Assembly (NCBI GenBank): GCA_965262715.1
Contig: OZ253553.1
Span: 1,408,001-1,472,000 of the forward strand
Direction: 5' to 3'
Origin: Bdellovibrionales bacterium
GTDB lineage: Bacteria > Bdellovibrionota > Bdellovibrionia > Bdellovibrionales > JAUICD01
DNA length: 64,000 nt
Part shown: piece after piece, positions 11,053 to 20,194 of the stretch
Position numbering within the stretch: position 1 is the stretch's first letter
Layout of the letters: each line of letters opens with the position of its first letter
Program-made: the position numbers and the translations under genes
Notes under the pieces: model-generated
Told to the model about the DNA's origin: nothing
The model's database searches: none
What the model saw: only the letters and a program-made list of their open reading frames with translations

Positions 11053-11652
11053 CTACATCCCATATAGAAATTCTTCATAATCCACCTGAGCAGATCTAAC
11101 TTTTAAAAGAGCTTCTCCATATTCTCTTAAAACAAGCAGACAAAAGTCAATACGCTTTCTAATAAAAATATCTGCTTTAGAACAAGGCGTTATATCATTT
11201 AAAACATCTTCAGCATCTCTTACAATAACATGCTCTGGAATGTAGCATAGCTTTGTATTTTTATACCCACTACTTCTAAGTTCTATCACAGGGTACGCTC
11301 CTCCATGCCCTGCTGAAACAGTCACAATTAAAGCAGGTTTATGAAAGAGTGCTGGGTTGGAAAAGTACAAAAAAAAGTTTTTAATACCAGGAGTAGCCAT
11401 TCCATTCCACTCAGGCGTCAATACGATAAAAGCTTCAGAGCTTTTTACTTCTTGTAAAAGGGAGGGATAGCTTATATTTCCAGCAGAGTATGTCTCAAAA
11501 TCTGGAGTCCAAAGTGGAAGAGGATTTTTTGCTAAATCAAGGACAAAGATTTGATCAAACCCTTTTTTCTTTGCTCTTTCAGATAAAAAATGAGTGACTT
11601 TTATAGATTGAGAATTTTCATTGTGACTACCACAAACTAGAAAAAGTTTCAT
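11053..11652 (-). CDS. NADPH-dependent FMN reductase (flavodoxin-like fold)
   Basis: VCGSHNENSQS and TPEWNG...KN...KP...VSAGHGG motifs. Confidence 0.88.
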   Translation of the reverse strand: MKLFLVCGSHNENSQSIKVTHFLSERAKKKGFDQIFVLDLAKNPLPLWTPDFETYSAGNISYPSLLQEVKSSEAFIVLTPEWNGMATPGIKNFFLYFSNPALFHKPALIVTVSAGHGGAYPVIELRSSGYKNTKLCYIPEHVIVRDAEDVLNDITPCSKADIFIRKRIDFCLLVLREYGEALLKVRSAQVDYEEFLYGM

Positions 11653-11743
11653 AACCCCTCATTCCCACAACACCTAAGCGTTTTCCTAAATAATTTAGAA
11701 CTCACTTCAAAATTAATTCTAATGTTCACGTTTTCAAAACAAC

Positions 11744-11913
11744 CTGTTTCACTAAAATGCATCTGGCCTCTTGAGGCAAGCCTCTCGAGGCGATCCTCTG
11801 GCCACCTTCTGGCGATAACCCTGATGGCTCCATCAGAAAACGGTTATCGCCTAGAAAGAAAAATGCATTTTAGTAAGCAGAATCTCCTCGTTTTTTCATA
11901 ATATGTTAGGGAA
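11744..11913 (+). repeat. Family A structured palindromic element (copy 1)
   Basis: ctgtttcactaaaatgcat...ggcgataacc/ggttatcgcc stem...atgcattttagta...atgttagggaa. Confidence 0.85.
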
Positions 11914-11919
11914 GTCGTA

Positions 11920-11992
11920 CTGTTTTCCCTAAAAATCCACTCATTTTTAGTAGACAAGATATCCCTCATTTCTTAACACAATGTTAAGGAAA
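11920..11992 (+). repeat. Family A element, internally deleted (copy 2)
   Basis: Both ends present (ctgttttccctaaaaat ... catttttagta...atgttaaggaaa); central stem missing. Confidence 0.7.
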
Positions 11993-12406
11993 TCGTTTTA
12001 TTCATTTAAGTAACATATAACATAAGTTATGTTATGTTATGTTTTGTATTTTGCAATTTCATATTATTTACTACTATCATGTATGTATTTTTGAGATGGC
12101 TTCTAATATAAACTTACCATTTTACAATGTAAAGGAATATATAATTTGCCCCTAACATCTACTAAAGATCTTTAAACTTACGGCTTAATAACAGGTTATC
12201 CTTTTCCTTGTATTTTATTGACCGTACTTCCAAAATATAGGATAAGTTAGAAGTATCTTTACTTTTTGCTAAGAAAACTAGTTTCATTTTTGCAGATTGT
12301 GAAACTTGAAGCCTCATGGGATAAAAAAGCTTATATCTTAAGCATAAACAATTAGATTAAAATTATTTTAACTTGCGAATTTGTTAAAAATTTAAGGAAG
12401 TACAAT

Positions 12407-13552
12407 ATGAATCAAGTACAATCAGACAATAATTTGCACCTTCCTCACTTACAAATCAAAGCATTTCGAGGAATTAAAAATCTTTCTCTTCCAAGATTAG
12501 GACGTGTTACTTTATTTACTGGCAAAAATGCTGTTGGTAAAACTTCTGTACTTGAATCTGTGGCCATATTTGCAGCACGAGGTCATTCCTCTACACTATC
12601 TAAATTACAGAAAAATCGTGAAGAGCTAATAAATGTAAAAGATGAAGATGAATATGATGTGTTGATGCCTAATATAGAAGCTTTGTTCTATGGACGAAAT
12701 GCTTCAGAAAATGAGCCTATTGTGATTGGTTCACTAGATCAAGTAAATCAACTTATAATTAAAAAAGTTTCTTTTGATAGTCTCAATGAAGAACAGAAGA
12801 AGTCTGTAGAAAGACTTACAAAGTCACATCAGAATGATGATTTGTTACAATTACAACTGTTCAAAGTAAGGTTTAAAAATGAAGAGATTGTACTTCCTTG
12901 GACAAATTTGCAACCAGACAACAAAGATTTTCGAGTTCCACTAAGGCTGTGGAATCGCTATGAACAACAAGTCATCTCTTCAAGAATACATTGTGAAACT
13001 TTAGGAACAGGTTTACTTGACAACATGCAAATAGGAGACCTTTGGGATAAAATTGTATTGACTGATAAAGAAAGTCAAACTATTGAAGCTCTAAAATTGA
13101 TCTTTGGAGATAAATTCGATCGTGTAGCAGTCACTGGAGAAAACAGGCGTTACCGCCGTCGTGTGATTGTCAAACTCAAAGATCATTCTCACCCTGTTCC
13201 TTTAAAAAGTCTTGGAGATGGGGCTGTTCGCCTTTTTAGTATTGCCTTGGCATTGGCAAATAGCCATGGAGGCATTTTAACAATTGATGAGGCTGAAAAT
13301 GGTATTCATTATTCTATACAAAAGAACTTCTGGCACATGATACTGCAAACAGCATATAAAAATAATATACAGGTTTTAGCAACAACCCATAGCTGGGATT
13401 GCACAAGAGGCTTTGAACAAGCTGCAATAGAAGATAATAATAGTGAAGGTCTTCTCATTCGCCTTGATCGCCATGGTGAAGAAGTCAGAGCAGTTCCTTA
13501 TTCTGAGAAAGGATTAAAAGTAGCTATTGAGCAAGGTATTGAGGTGAGGTGA
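12407..13552 (+). CDS. ABC/AAA-family ATPase (AAA_15/AAA_21-like), putative defence ATPase
   Basis: Walker A GKNAVGKT, signature LGDG, Walker B TIDEAENGIH, H-loop TTHS. Confidence 0.88.
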   Translation: MNQVQSDNNLHLPHLQIKAFRGIKNLSLPRLGRVTLFTGKNAVGKTSVLESVAIFAARGHSSTLSKLQKNREELINVKDEDEYDVLMPNIEALFYGRNASENEPIVIGSLDQVNQLIIKKVSFDSLNEEQKKSVERLTKSHQNDDLLQLQLFKVRFKNEEIVLPWTNLQPDNKDFRVPLRLWNRYEQQVISSRIHCETLGTGLLDNMQIGDLWDKIVLTDKESQTIEALKLIFGDKFDRVAVTGENRRYRRRVIVKLKDHSHPVPLKSLGDGAVRLFSIALALANSHGGILTIDEAENGIHYSIQKNFWHMILQTAYKNNIQVLATTHSWDCTRGFEQAAIEDNNSEGLLIRLDRHGEEVRAVPYSEKGLKVAIEQGIEVR

Positions 13553-14238
13553 TGAGACCACAAAACAGCTCATCACCTCTTTGTCTTTTGGTTGAGGGAC
13601 AAGATGATCGACATGTTATTCAACATCTTTGGAAAAAAGAGCACAAAAAAGAAGACTTGCCATTTTGTATATCAGATAAAGATGGTATAGAGAAGCTCAT
13701 TGACGCCATTCCTGGTGAAATGAAAGCAGACAGTAGAGAAATTCTTGGAATTGTCATAGATGCTAACGGTAATTTAGATGAATGTTGGAAAAAAGTAACT
13801 TCTAAGATCAAAGAAGGCATTAAAGATCTAGGGATAGAGCAAGTTCAATTTCCAGATGGCCCAACACCAACTGGTACAATTATTGACTGTAACCACTATA
13901 AACTAAGATACATTGGTATTTGGTTAATGCCTAATAATAAGGAATGTGGAGAACTTGAAAATTTTATTATAAAAATGCTCCCAGAAGGTGATTTGATTTG
14001 GCCATCTGCCCAAAAGTACATTGAAGATATTCCCGAAAAAGACCGTAAATTCAACAACAGCAAAAGTAAAAAAGGGAAAGCTCAACTTTTTGCATGGCTT
14101 GCAACAAGAAAGAAGCCTGGACGTATGGGCACAGCCATTGGTGTTAGTGATTTAACCTTAGATAATGAATTAAGCAAAGATTTTTTAAAATGGCTATCTG
14201 ATCTATTTAAAAAGAACCTTAAAAAGCATAGCCATTAA
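13549..14238 (+). CDS. DUF3226-like TOPRIM-fold protein
   Basis: LLVEGQDD, GIVIDAN, WLMPNN...GELENF; 4-bp overlap with the ATPase stop codon. Confidence 0.8.
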   Translation: MMRPQNSSSPLCLLVEGQDDRHVIQHLWKKEHKKEDLPFCISDKDGIEKLIDAIPGEMKADSREILGIVIDANGNLDECWKKVTSKIKEGIKDLGIEQVQFPDGPTPTGTIIDCNHYKLRYIGIWLMPNNKECGELENFIIKMLPEGDLIWPSAQKYIEDIPEKDRKFNNSKSKKGKAQLFAWLATRKKPGRMGTAIGVSDLTLDNELSKDFLKWLSDLFKKNLKKHSH

Positions 14239-14479
14239 GAACGAGCTTGTAAATTATTGTAAATGCAAAGAAAAAGCAGATGATAAAAAATGCATTTGTG
14301 ACTCAGATATTTCTAAAATATAAGAAATCTAAGAAATTATAAGGAATATATAATATGCTTTTACACCACTAGCATTTTTGTAAAAACACTGTTAAGCTTA
14401 AGAGTTATCTATTAATATACATTTGACTTTATAAATAAAAGTCATATTGTGAGTAAAACCTGAAAGGTGGTGATTTAAA

Positions 14480-14692
14480 TTGACATTTGTCAAAATTAGA
14501 GAAGGTGAAAGTTTCGAGCAAGCATTTCGTCGTTTTAAAAAACAAGTTGAAAAGGCCGGTATCCTCTCTGAAGTTAAAAAAAGAGAGCATTACGAAAAAC
14601 CAAGCATTAAAAACAAGAAAAAACAATTGGCAGCTCGTAAACGCGCATTAAAAAAGGTCAAAAAGTTTTCTGATCATGGGTTTTTATTATGA
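14480..14692 (+). CDS. rpsU: 30S ribosomal protein S21
   Basis: [12 protein letters not shown]...[12 protein letters not shown] start after aaggtggt RBS. Confidence 0.96.
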   Translation: MTFVKIREGESFEQAFRRFKKQVEKAGILSEVKKREHYEKPSIKNKKKQLAARKRALKKVKKFSDHGFLL

Positions 14693-15150
14693 GTTTTAAA
14701 GACCAAATAACAGAAGAGATCAAATCTGCAATGAAGGCAAGAAATGCGCATCGCCTTGAAGTACTACGTTTTTTGTCTGCGCAGATTAAAAACAAAGAGA
14801 TCACATTACGTCCAAAAGAGATAACAGATCAAGACGTCCTTGCTGTTATTTTAAAACAAGCTAAGCAAAGACAGGAAGGGTTAAAGCAGTTCCAAGAGGC
14901 TGGACGAAAAGATTTAGCGGAAAAAGAAGAAAAAGAACTTGCCATTCTTAAAGAATTTCTACCAAAACCTTTAAGTGAAAATGCAGTAAAACAGATTATA
15001 GATGATGTCATATCTTCTTTTAAAGATAAGGAAGATAATGATAAGCGCATCATGGGACTTGTTATAAAGTCTGTTATAGAAAAAACTCAAGGCCGCGCTG
15101 ATTCCAAAACTATTAGTCATTTAGTTAGAAGCCATTTCAACAATACATGA
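14689..15150 (+). CDS. GatB/YqeY domain protein
   Basis: IKSAMKA, KQRQE...[10 protein letters not shown]...[12 protein letters not shown]; typical position after rpsU. Confidence 0.92.
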   Translation: MSFKDQITEEIKSAMKARNAHRLEVLRFLSAQIKNKEITLRPKEITDQDVLAVILKQAKQRQEGLKQFQEAGRKDLAEKEEKELAILKEFLPKPLSENAVKQIIDDVISSFKDKEDNDKRIMGLVIKSVIEKTQGRADSKTISHLVRSHFNNT

Positions 15151-15180
15151 TAGCATGTAAATAATACGAAAATAAAAGCA

Positions 15181-15383
15181 TTTCCCTTAACATTGCGTAA
15201 AAGTGAGAGACTACCCTACTCAAAATAAACAGATTTTTGAGGTAGCCAGCATTTTCTTGAAGGGGACACATCCCGTAGCGAAAGACCTTCAGGCTAACTG
15301 TCCAAAAATGGCCAGAGGCTTGGCTTGAGAGGCTCGCCTTGAGAGGCTCGCCTCAAGAGGCCAGTTTATTTTGAGTGAAACAG
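15181..15383 (-). repeat. Family A element (copy 3) with internal tandem duplication of ttgagaggctcgcc
   Basis: Reverse complement begins ctgtttcactcaaaataaac and ends atgttaagggaaa. Confidence 0.85.
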
Positions 15384-15395
15384 CAAAAGATTTAT

Positions 15396-17387
15396 CTATT
15401 CATTATTTCTTAAGGCATCGATCACTTGCAATTTTTTTGCTTTCATTGCAGGAAAAAGCCCACTGAATATCCCTACCAGTAAGATAGATAAAAAAGATAA
15501 TAGGAAGGCCATAGGATCAAACACCCATTGAAACTTCAAACCGTCCATGAATTGAGCTGCCCCATAAATGGCACTTTGGTAAATGCACACACCTAAAACA
15601 ATTCCTATTAAACCCGCTATACCACATAAGATGATGGATTCTAACAAAAACTGATTGCGAATACTTAGATGGGTAGCGCCTATAGCTTTTCGAATCCCTA
15701 TTTCTTTAAACTTTTCTGAAACTGTAGCTAACATCATATTTGCGATACTTATACCCCCAATCAATAAAGAAACTAATGTAATAAACCCTAATAAAATAGA
15801 AACCCAATTTAAATTTTTCTTTGCTTCTTCTATTAAAAAACCATCAGAGCCAACATAAAAGGTTCCATCGTATTTGTTCTCAAAGAAATTTTGAATAGCC
15901 ATTCCTATCCTTTGAATATCCCTATCCTCTTTAACTTGAATCACAGCTCTCTTGATTTGAGCTTCAGAAACACTACTAAACATCTGAAAAACTGTAAAGG
16001 GAATATAAACCTCTAAATTAGGATTAGATGGAGCATGAGATGCTTTGTTTTTTAAAATGCCAATAACCTTACATGCAAAAGTGTTATAATCTCTTTTTGA
16101 GAGATAAAGCATTTGACCAATCGGTGAAATATTAGAAAATAACCTCTTTCCTATTTCAAAGCCAATTACACAAACAGAATGCCTTCCTTCAACATGATGA
16201 GTATTGATATTAACTCCTGCAAGTAAATGTCTATCTATAATATTTAGACCATCTTTAGATACTCCTATCAAATTCGGTGTATCTTCTATAGACCGACCAG
16301 AAAAGATAACAGTGAGATCTCGATCAATAAGATATGGAGAGATGCGATGTATATTTGGAAATTTTTCTTTTAAGTAAAGTAGCTGTGTCTTCCAATCAAA
16401 AGACTGAAAAGGTACATTGACCTGATTCACAGTTCTTGGCCAATTATAATCTCCCATAAGAGTCAGTGTGTTTATTCCTAAATCATTATAGCTATCCAGT
16501 AGTTTCGATTTTGTAAAATTTCCTAATGTAATCATAGAAAATACACCTGCAACACCAATGACAACTCCTAACATAGTTAATAATGCTCTTATTTTATTCT
16601 GGGAGATACTTTTTAGGGACAGTAAAAAGGTCCTTAGAAACAACTGGCCTACTCCTAAATAATTATTTTTTTTAAGGTTTTTTAAACTTCGCTGAGATGG
16701 CCTATGAACAAGGTTCTTAGCCTTCTTAGATATCAACTGACCATCTTTCAATGTTAAGATTTTTGAAGAAGTTATGTTCTTTTCATGTGTCACCAAAATA
16801 ATGCTTTTTCCTTGCCGATGCCACCTCTGAAATAAGTCTAAAACTCTTTGGGTGGAAACTGAGTCTAGATTACCAGTAGGTTCATCTACTAAAAGAACCT
16901 CTGGATCATTGATAAGAGCCCTTGCAATGGCTACACGCTGACTTTGTCCTCCTGAAAGCTGATGAGGTTTATATGAAAAACAACTTTCTATTCCTAACTG
17001 GTCAGCTATATCCCTAGCATAATCCGTAAAATGGTCCAGTTTTTTATCTTCCATTATATAGAAGGTAGGAAGTAATATATTTTCTAAAACTGTTAATTGA
17101 GGCAATAAATAAAACTGTTGAAAAACAAACCCTATAAATTGATTTCGAAGTATAGATAAATCTAAATCCTTAATTCGGTGGAGAGGAGTTTTATTAACAA
17201 TAATTTGACCTTTTTGAAATCTTAATAATCCTGCAATTAAATACAACAAAGTCGATTTGCCTGAACCTGATATTCCGTCAATTACGATAAAGTCTCCTCT
17301 TTCTACACTCATATCAAAAGACTGAAAAAGAGGCTTTTCTAATTGTTTGTATGTAAAATGTAAATCTTTAATTTCAACAATCTTCAT
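15396..17387 (-). CDS. MacB-family ABC transporter, fused ATPase/permease
   Basis: GISGSGKST, LSGGQSQRVAIARAL, DEPTGNLD, then LTMLGVVIG and EIGIRKAIGA permease motifs. Confidence 0.93.
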   Translation of the reverse strand: MKIVEIKDLHFTYKQLEKPLFQSFDMSVERGDFIVIDGISGSGKSTLLYLIAGLLRFQKGQIIVNKTPLHRIKDLDLSILRNQFIGFVFQQFYLLPQLTVLENILLPTFYIMEDKKLDHFTDYARDIADQLGIESCFSYKPHQLSGGQSQRVAIARALINDPEVLLVDEPTGNLDSVSTQRVLDLFQRWHRQGKSIILVTHEKNITSSKILTLKDGQLISKKAKNLVHRPSQRSLKNLKKNNYLGVGQLFLRTFLLSLKSISQNKIRALLTMLGVVIGVAGVFSMITLGNFTKSKLLDSYNDLGINTLTLMGDYNWPRTVNQVNVPFQSFDWKTQLLYLKEKFPNIHRISPYLIDRDLTVIFSGRSIEDTPNLIGVSKDGLNIIDRHLLAGVNINTHHVEGRHSVCVIGFEIGKRLFSNISPIGQMLYLSKRDYNTFACKVIGILKNKASHAPSNPNLEVYIPFTVFQMFSSVSEAQIKRAVIQVKEDRDIQRIGMAIQNFFENKYDGTFYVGSDGFLIEEAKKNLNWVSILLGFITLVSLLIGGISIANMMLATVSEKFKEIGIRKAIGATHLSIRNQFLLESIILCGIAGLIGIVLGVCIYQSAIYGAAQFMDGLKFQWVFDPMAFLLSFLSILLVGIFSGLFPAMKAKKLQVIDALRNNE

Positions 17388-17411
17388 TATTAATACGTAC
17401 CTCTATTTTTT

Positions 17412-17499
17412 TCTGGCAGTCTGGGAAGCAGGTAAACCGGCAACCAGTCACCGGTAACAGTTGCCAGTATGCCCGACTGCCGGATTGCCTGTTTCCCGG
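17412..17499. repeat. Family C octamer-based palindromic element
   Basis: ctgggaag-caggtaaa-ccggcaac arm pairs with ctgccgga-ttgcctgt-ttcccgg around the loop cagtcaccggtaacag. Confidence 0.75.
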
Positions 17500-17567
17500 A
17501 GAAAATATTCTTCAGCTTATTAATACAATAATAACGAAAACCTTTCTCTTATATATCTCCTTATTAT

Positions 17568-18440
17568 CTATAACATATCAATTAAATTTATCTGTTTAAC
17601 ACTATCACCTTCTTGCAATCCATTGGTAATTTCAAAATAAGATTCATTTTGAATCCCTACTCTAATATTTCTTTTTTGATTATTTTTCATCATAACAAAG
17701 AAAGTATTATCTTCTCTAGAAATAAATTCATGAGGCAAAGTCAAGACCTGCTTTTTTTCAACACTTATAATATCAATAACAGCAGACATTCCTGGGTGGA
17801 TGTTCTTATCAAGATCAAGAATCTTTGCCTTAGATTCAAATTCTATGTTATCATTTTCTCTCCAAGTGACCTGATGTTTCGCAGCAAGAGATACACTTTC
17901 TATAATTCCCTTGTATTGTTTATTCAATATAGTAGAAATTTTGATAATGGCTTTCTGTCCTGGTTTGATCTTTAACCTATAAAGTTCTGGGATATCAAAA
18001 TCAATATAGAGATTATCCAATTTATCAATCCTTACAAGATAATCTTCTATATTATTTTTTGTCACAAACTCCCCTTCTTCCTTAAGAACATGAACTGTCG
18101 TGCCTGAAAAAGGCGCTCTAATGGGATAATAAAATTGGTTAAACGACTGCAAAGTTTCTCTAAGAGAAACAATAGGCGCATTTTTTTTTACTTTATCACC
18201 TATTTTGACATACATCTTTTGCACATAACCATCAAAAGGAGCTGTGATAATTGTCTTTCTTTCAGGTTCTACGTTACCCACAATACTTATTTTTTCATTT
18301 AAGTCCATGCGTTTTACAGTTGCCGTTTTTTTAACAAAAGAAGGTTTTGATCTATGTTCAATAGATAAATAAATAACCCAAATAATAGAAATCATAGTAA
18401 GCAAAACTATAAAAAACTTAATGATTGTTGATGTTTTCAT
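17568..18440 (-). CDS. MacA-like periplasmic adaptor (membrane fusion protein)
   Basis: N-terminal TM, lipoyl-like VKIGDKVKK and IRAPFSG, PGMSA. Start re-called to MKTSTIIK. Confidence 0.88.
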   Translation of the reverse strand: MKTSTIIKFFIVLLTMISIIWVIYLSIEHRSKPSFVKKTATVKRMDLNEKISIVGNVEPERKTIITAPFDGYVQKMYVKIGDKVKKNAPIVSLRETLQSFNQFYYPIRAPFSGTTVHVLKEEGEFVTKNNIEDYLVRIDKLDNLYIDFDIPELYRLKIKPGQKAIIKISTILNKQYKGIIESVSLAAKHQVTWRENDNIEFESKAKILDLDKNIHPGMSAVIDIISVEKKQVLTLPHEFISREDNTFFVMMKNNQKRNIRVGIQNESYFEITNGLQEGDSVKQINLIDML

Positions 18441-19734
18441 AAAGATCTCCCTTATGATGTTCATATTCAGCAAAAAGATTTTTTAAATTAAAAAAGTTTA
18501 TATAATAAGACTCTTGCGCTCTTTTATAATTATCAGAAGCATTAATAAAATCTAAGAATGTAAGCAGCCCATTACGATAGTCACGAGTGATAGAATCATA
18601 AGCTTCTTTTTCTAAATCTATCAACTCCTTACTTGAATTTAAGTTATTAACCTGTTGGTTGATGCTTAAAAAAAGTGTTTCAATCTGTGTTTTTAATCTC
18701 AGCAAATTTTGATCAATATCATTGTTCTGAATATATGATGTCACTTTTGCAATAGAAAGATTTCTCTTCCTAATTCCCCAATCCCATAGATTGTATTTTA
18801 ATGTGACAAAAGCTGATAAATTGACAGGGTCCGATTTATACATCTCATGATTAGAGTTAAGATAAGACATGTTAGCATCGACTGTGATAGAAGGCCAATA
18901 TTTCCTCTCTTCTAGTTGAACTTGTGCCTTATTGATATCCTTACTATAATCTGCAATTTTATATTCGTAATGACTTTTTAAAACAGCTTCTATTTCTTTC
19001 ATATCTATTGTTTTATAATTAACCTCTGTTATCTTCATAGAAGAGACAGCCAATAATGTACCCATAAAACCTATTATGGATTTTAAACGTTCTATAGATT
19101 GATGAATAGCAGTTTCTGTTTGAGAGATAAGGATCTGATTTCTTTGAAATTCTGCTTTGAATCGTAAGAAGTCAATTCTCCTTTCCCCTCCATGTTTATA
19201 TTCTTCTTCAGTCAATTGAAATCGCTGTTTTATTAATTCATATTGGGCTTTTTGCACTTTCAACAAATAAGTTAAAAGAGAGTAATTGCTATATTCTCTT
19301 ATCACATCTAAGCAAATTTGACTTTGATCCCTTGCATATTCTACAAATGACCTGCTGTTTTCTTGTCTGGCAATATGATAAGCAGTCATATTTGCGCCAT
19401 TATTATAGAGCGTTTCACTTAAGGAAAGTGTAAGTCCTGTTGTTAGAGGTGTATCTTGTGGCATCATACTGTTTTTTGTATATCCCCAGTCAGTCTTTAG
19501 ATCCAATGAAGGAAAAAACTGTGAAACAGCATTTTTCACCTTGAAATGGTTGATTCTAAGCCTATGAGTAGAGTTTTTGGACATGGGGGAATGTACTAAA
19601 GCATGCTTTATGAGATCTCTGAGTTGAAACTTTCTAAGTTGAGACTCTTTTGCAGAAACACCATAAGACACAATCATTATGCCTAATAATAAATGTAGTA
19701 AAAAAGTAGCTTGATGAGTTTTCATAAAGTGCAT
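18418..19734 (-). CDS. TolC-family outer membrane efflux protein
   Basis: Signal peptide; duplicated FPSLDL/WPSITV and YNLWDWG motifs; operonic with MacA/MacB homologues. Confidence 0.88.
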   Translation of the reverse strand: MHFMKTHQATFLLHLLLGIMIVSYGVSAKESQLRKFQLRDLIKHALVHSPMSKNSTHRLRINHFKVKNAVSQFFPSLDLKTDWGYTKNSMMPQDTPLTTGLTLSLSETLYNNGANMTAYHIARQENSRSFVEYARDQSQICLDVIREYSNYSLLTYLLKVQKAQYELIKQRFQLTEEEYKHGGERRIDFLRFKAEFQRNQILISQTETAIHQSIERLKSIIGFMGTLLAVSSMKITEVNYKTIDMKEIEAVLKSHYEYKIADYSKDINKAQVQLEERKYWPSITVDANMSYLNSNHEMYKSDPVNLSAFVTLKYNLWDWGIRKRNLSIAKVTSYIQNNDIDQNLLRLKTQIETLFLSINQQVNNLNSSKELIDLEKEAYDSITRDYRNGLLTFLDFINASDNYKRAQESYYINFFNLKNLFAEYEHHKGDLYENINNH

Positions 19735-19907
19735 AGCTGTTGAAAATTAATAAGAATCACAAATATCTTGACTGAGTCAAGCTATGACTCTTTTCTCAGA
19801 ATTTCAGCAAATTGACATATCCGGGAAAGTCCATTCTAGACACATAGGTAACGATTTTGACAAGAATACTCTTCTAGAGGGTTTTTACTTTTTTATGGCT
19901 TTAATAA

Positions 19908-20016
19908 TAAATCCTGTATTTTTTACACCATAGCCCTGTATTTTTTACAAGAAAATTGCTTCTAAAATAGAGAACTTCTCATGTGACAAAAAGTAAATGT
20001 GAGAGTTGATAATAAA
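19908..20016 (+). repeat. Left arm of a ~108-bp inverted repeat flanking the 20195-22285 gene
   Basis: Reverse complement aligns with 22428-22535 with only scattered mismatches. Confidence 0.9.
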
Positions 20017-20194
20017 GATATAACTTATTTTAATAACTTATCTTTACCTCCTTCTTATTTCTTGTTTTCTGGAATAGACTTTGCTATAAACCATTACTAA
20101 GAAGTTCAAAAGGTACTTTTTTTAATAATTTTTCTTTCTAACAAAATCTAAAGATATAATACGAATTTCAATTAAAACAAGGAGAAACCGAACT

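Noticed and set aside
12132..14354. 14-bp direct repeat aaggaatatataat on both sides of the ATPase/TOPRIM pair (possible att or target duplication)
   Set aside because: Very AT-rich and short; cannot be separated from chance without an empty-site comparison.
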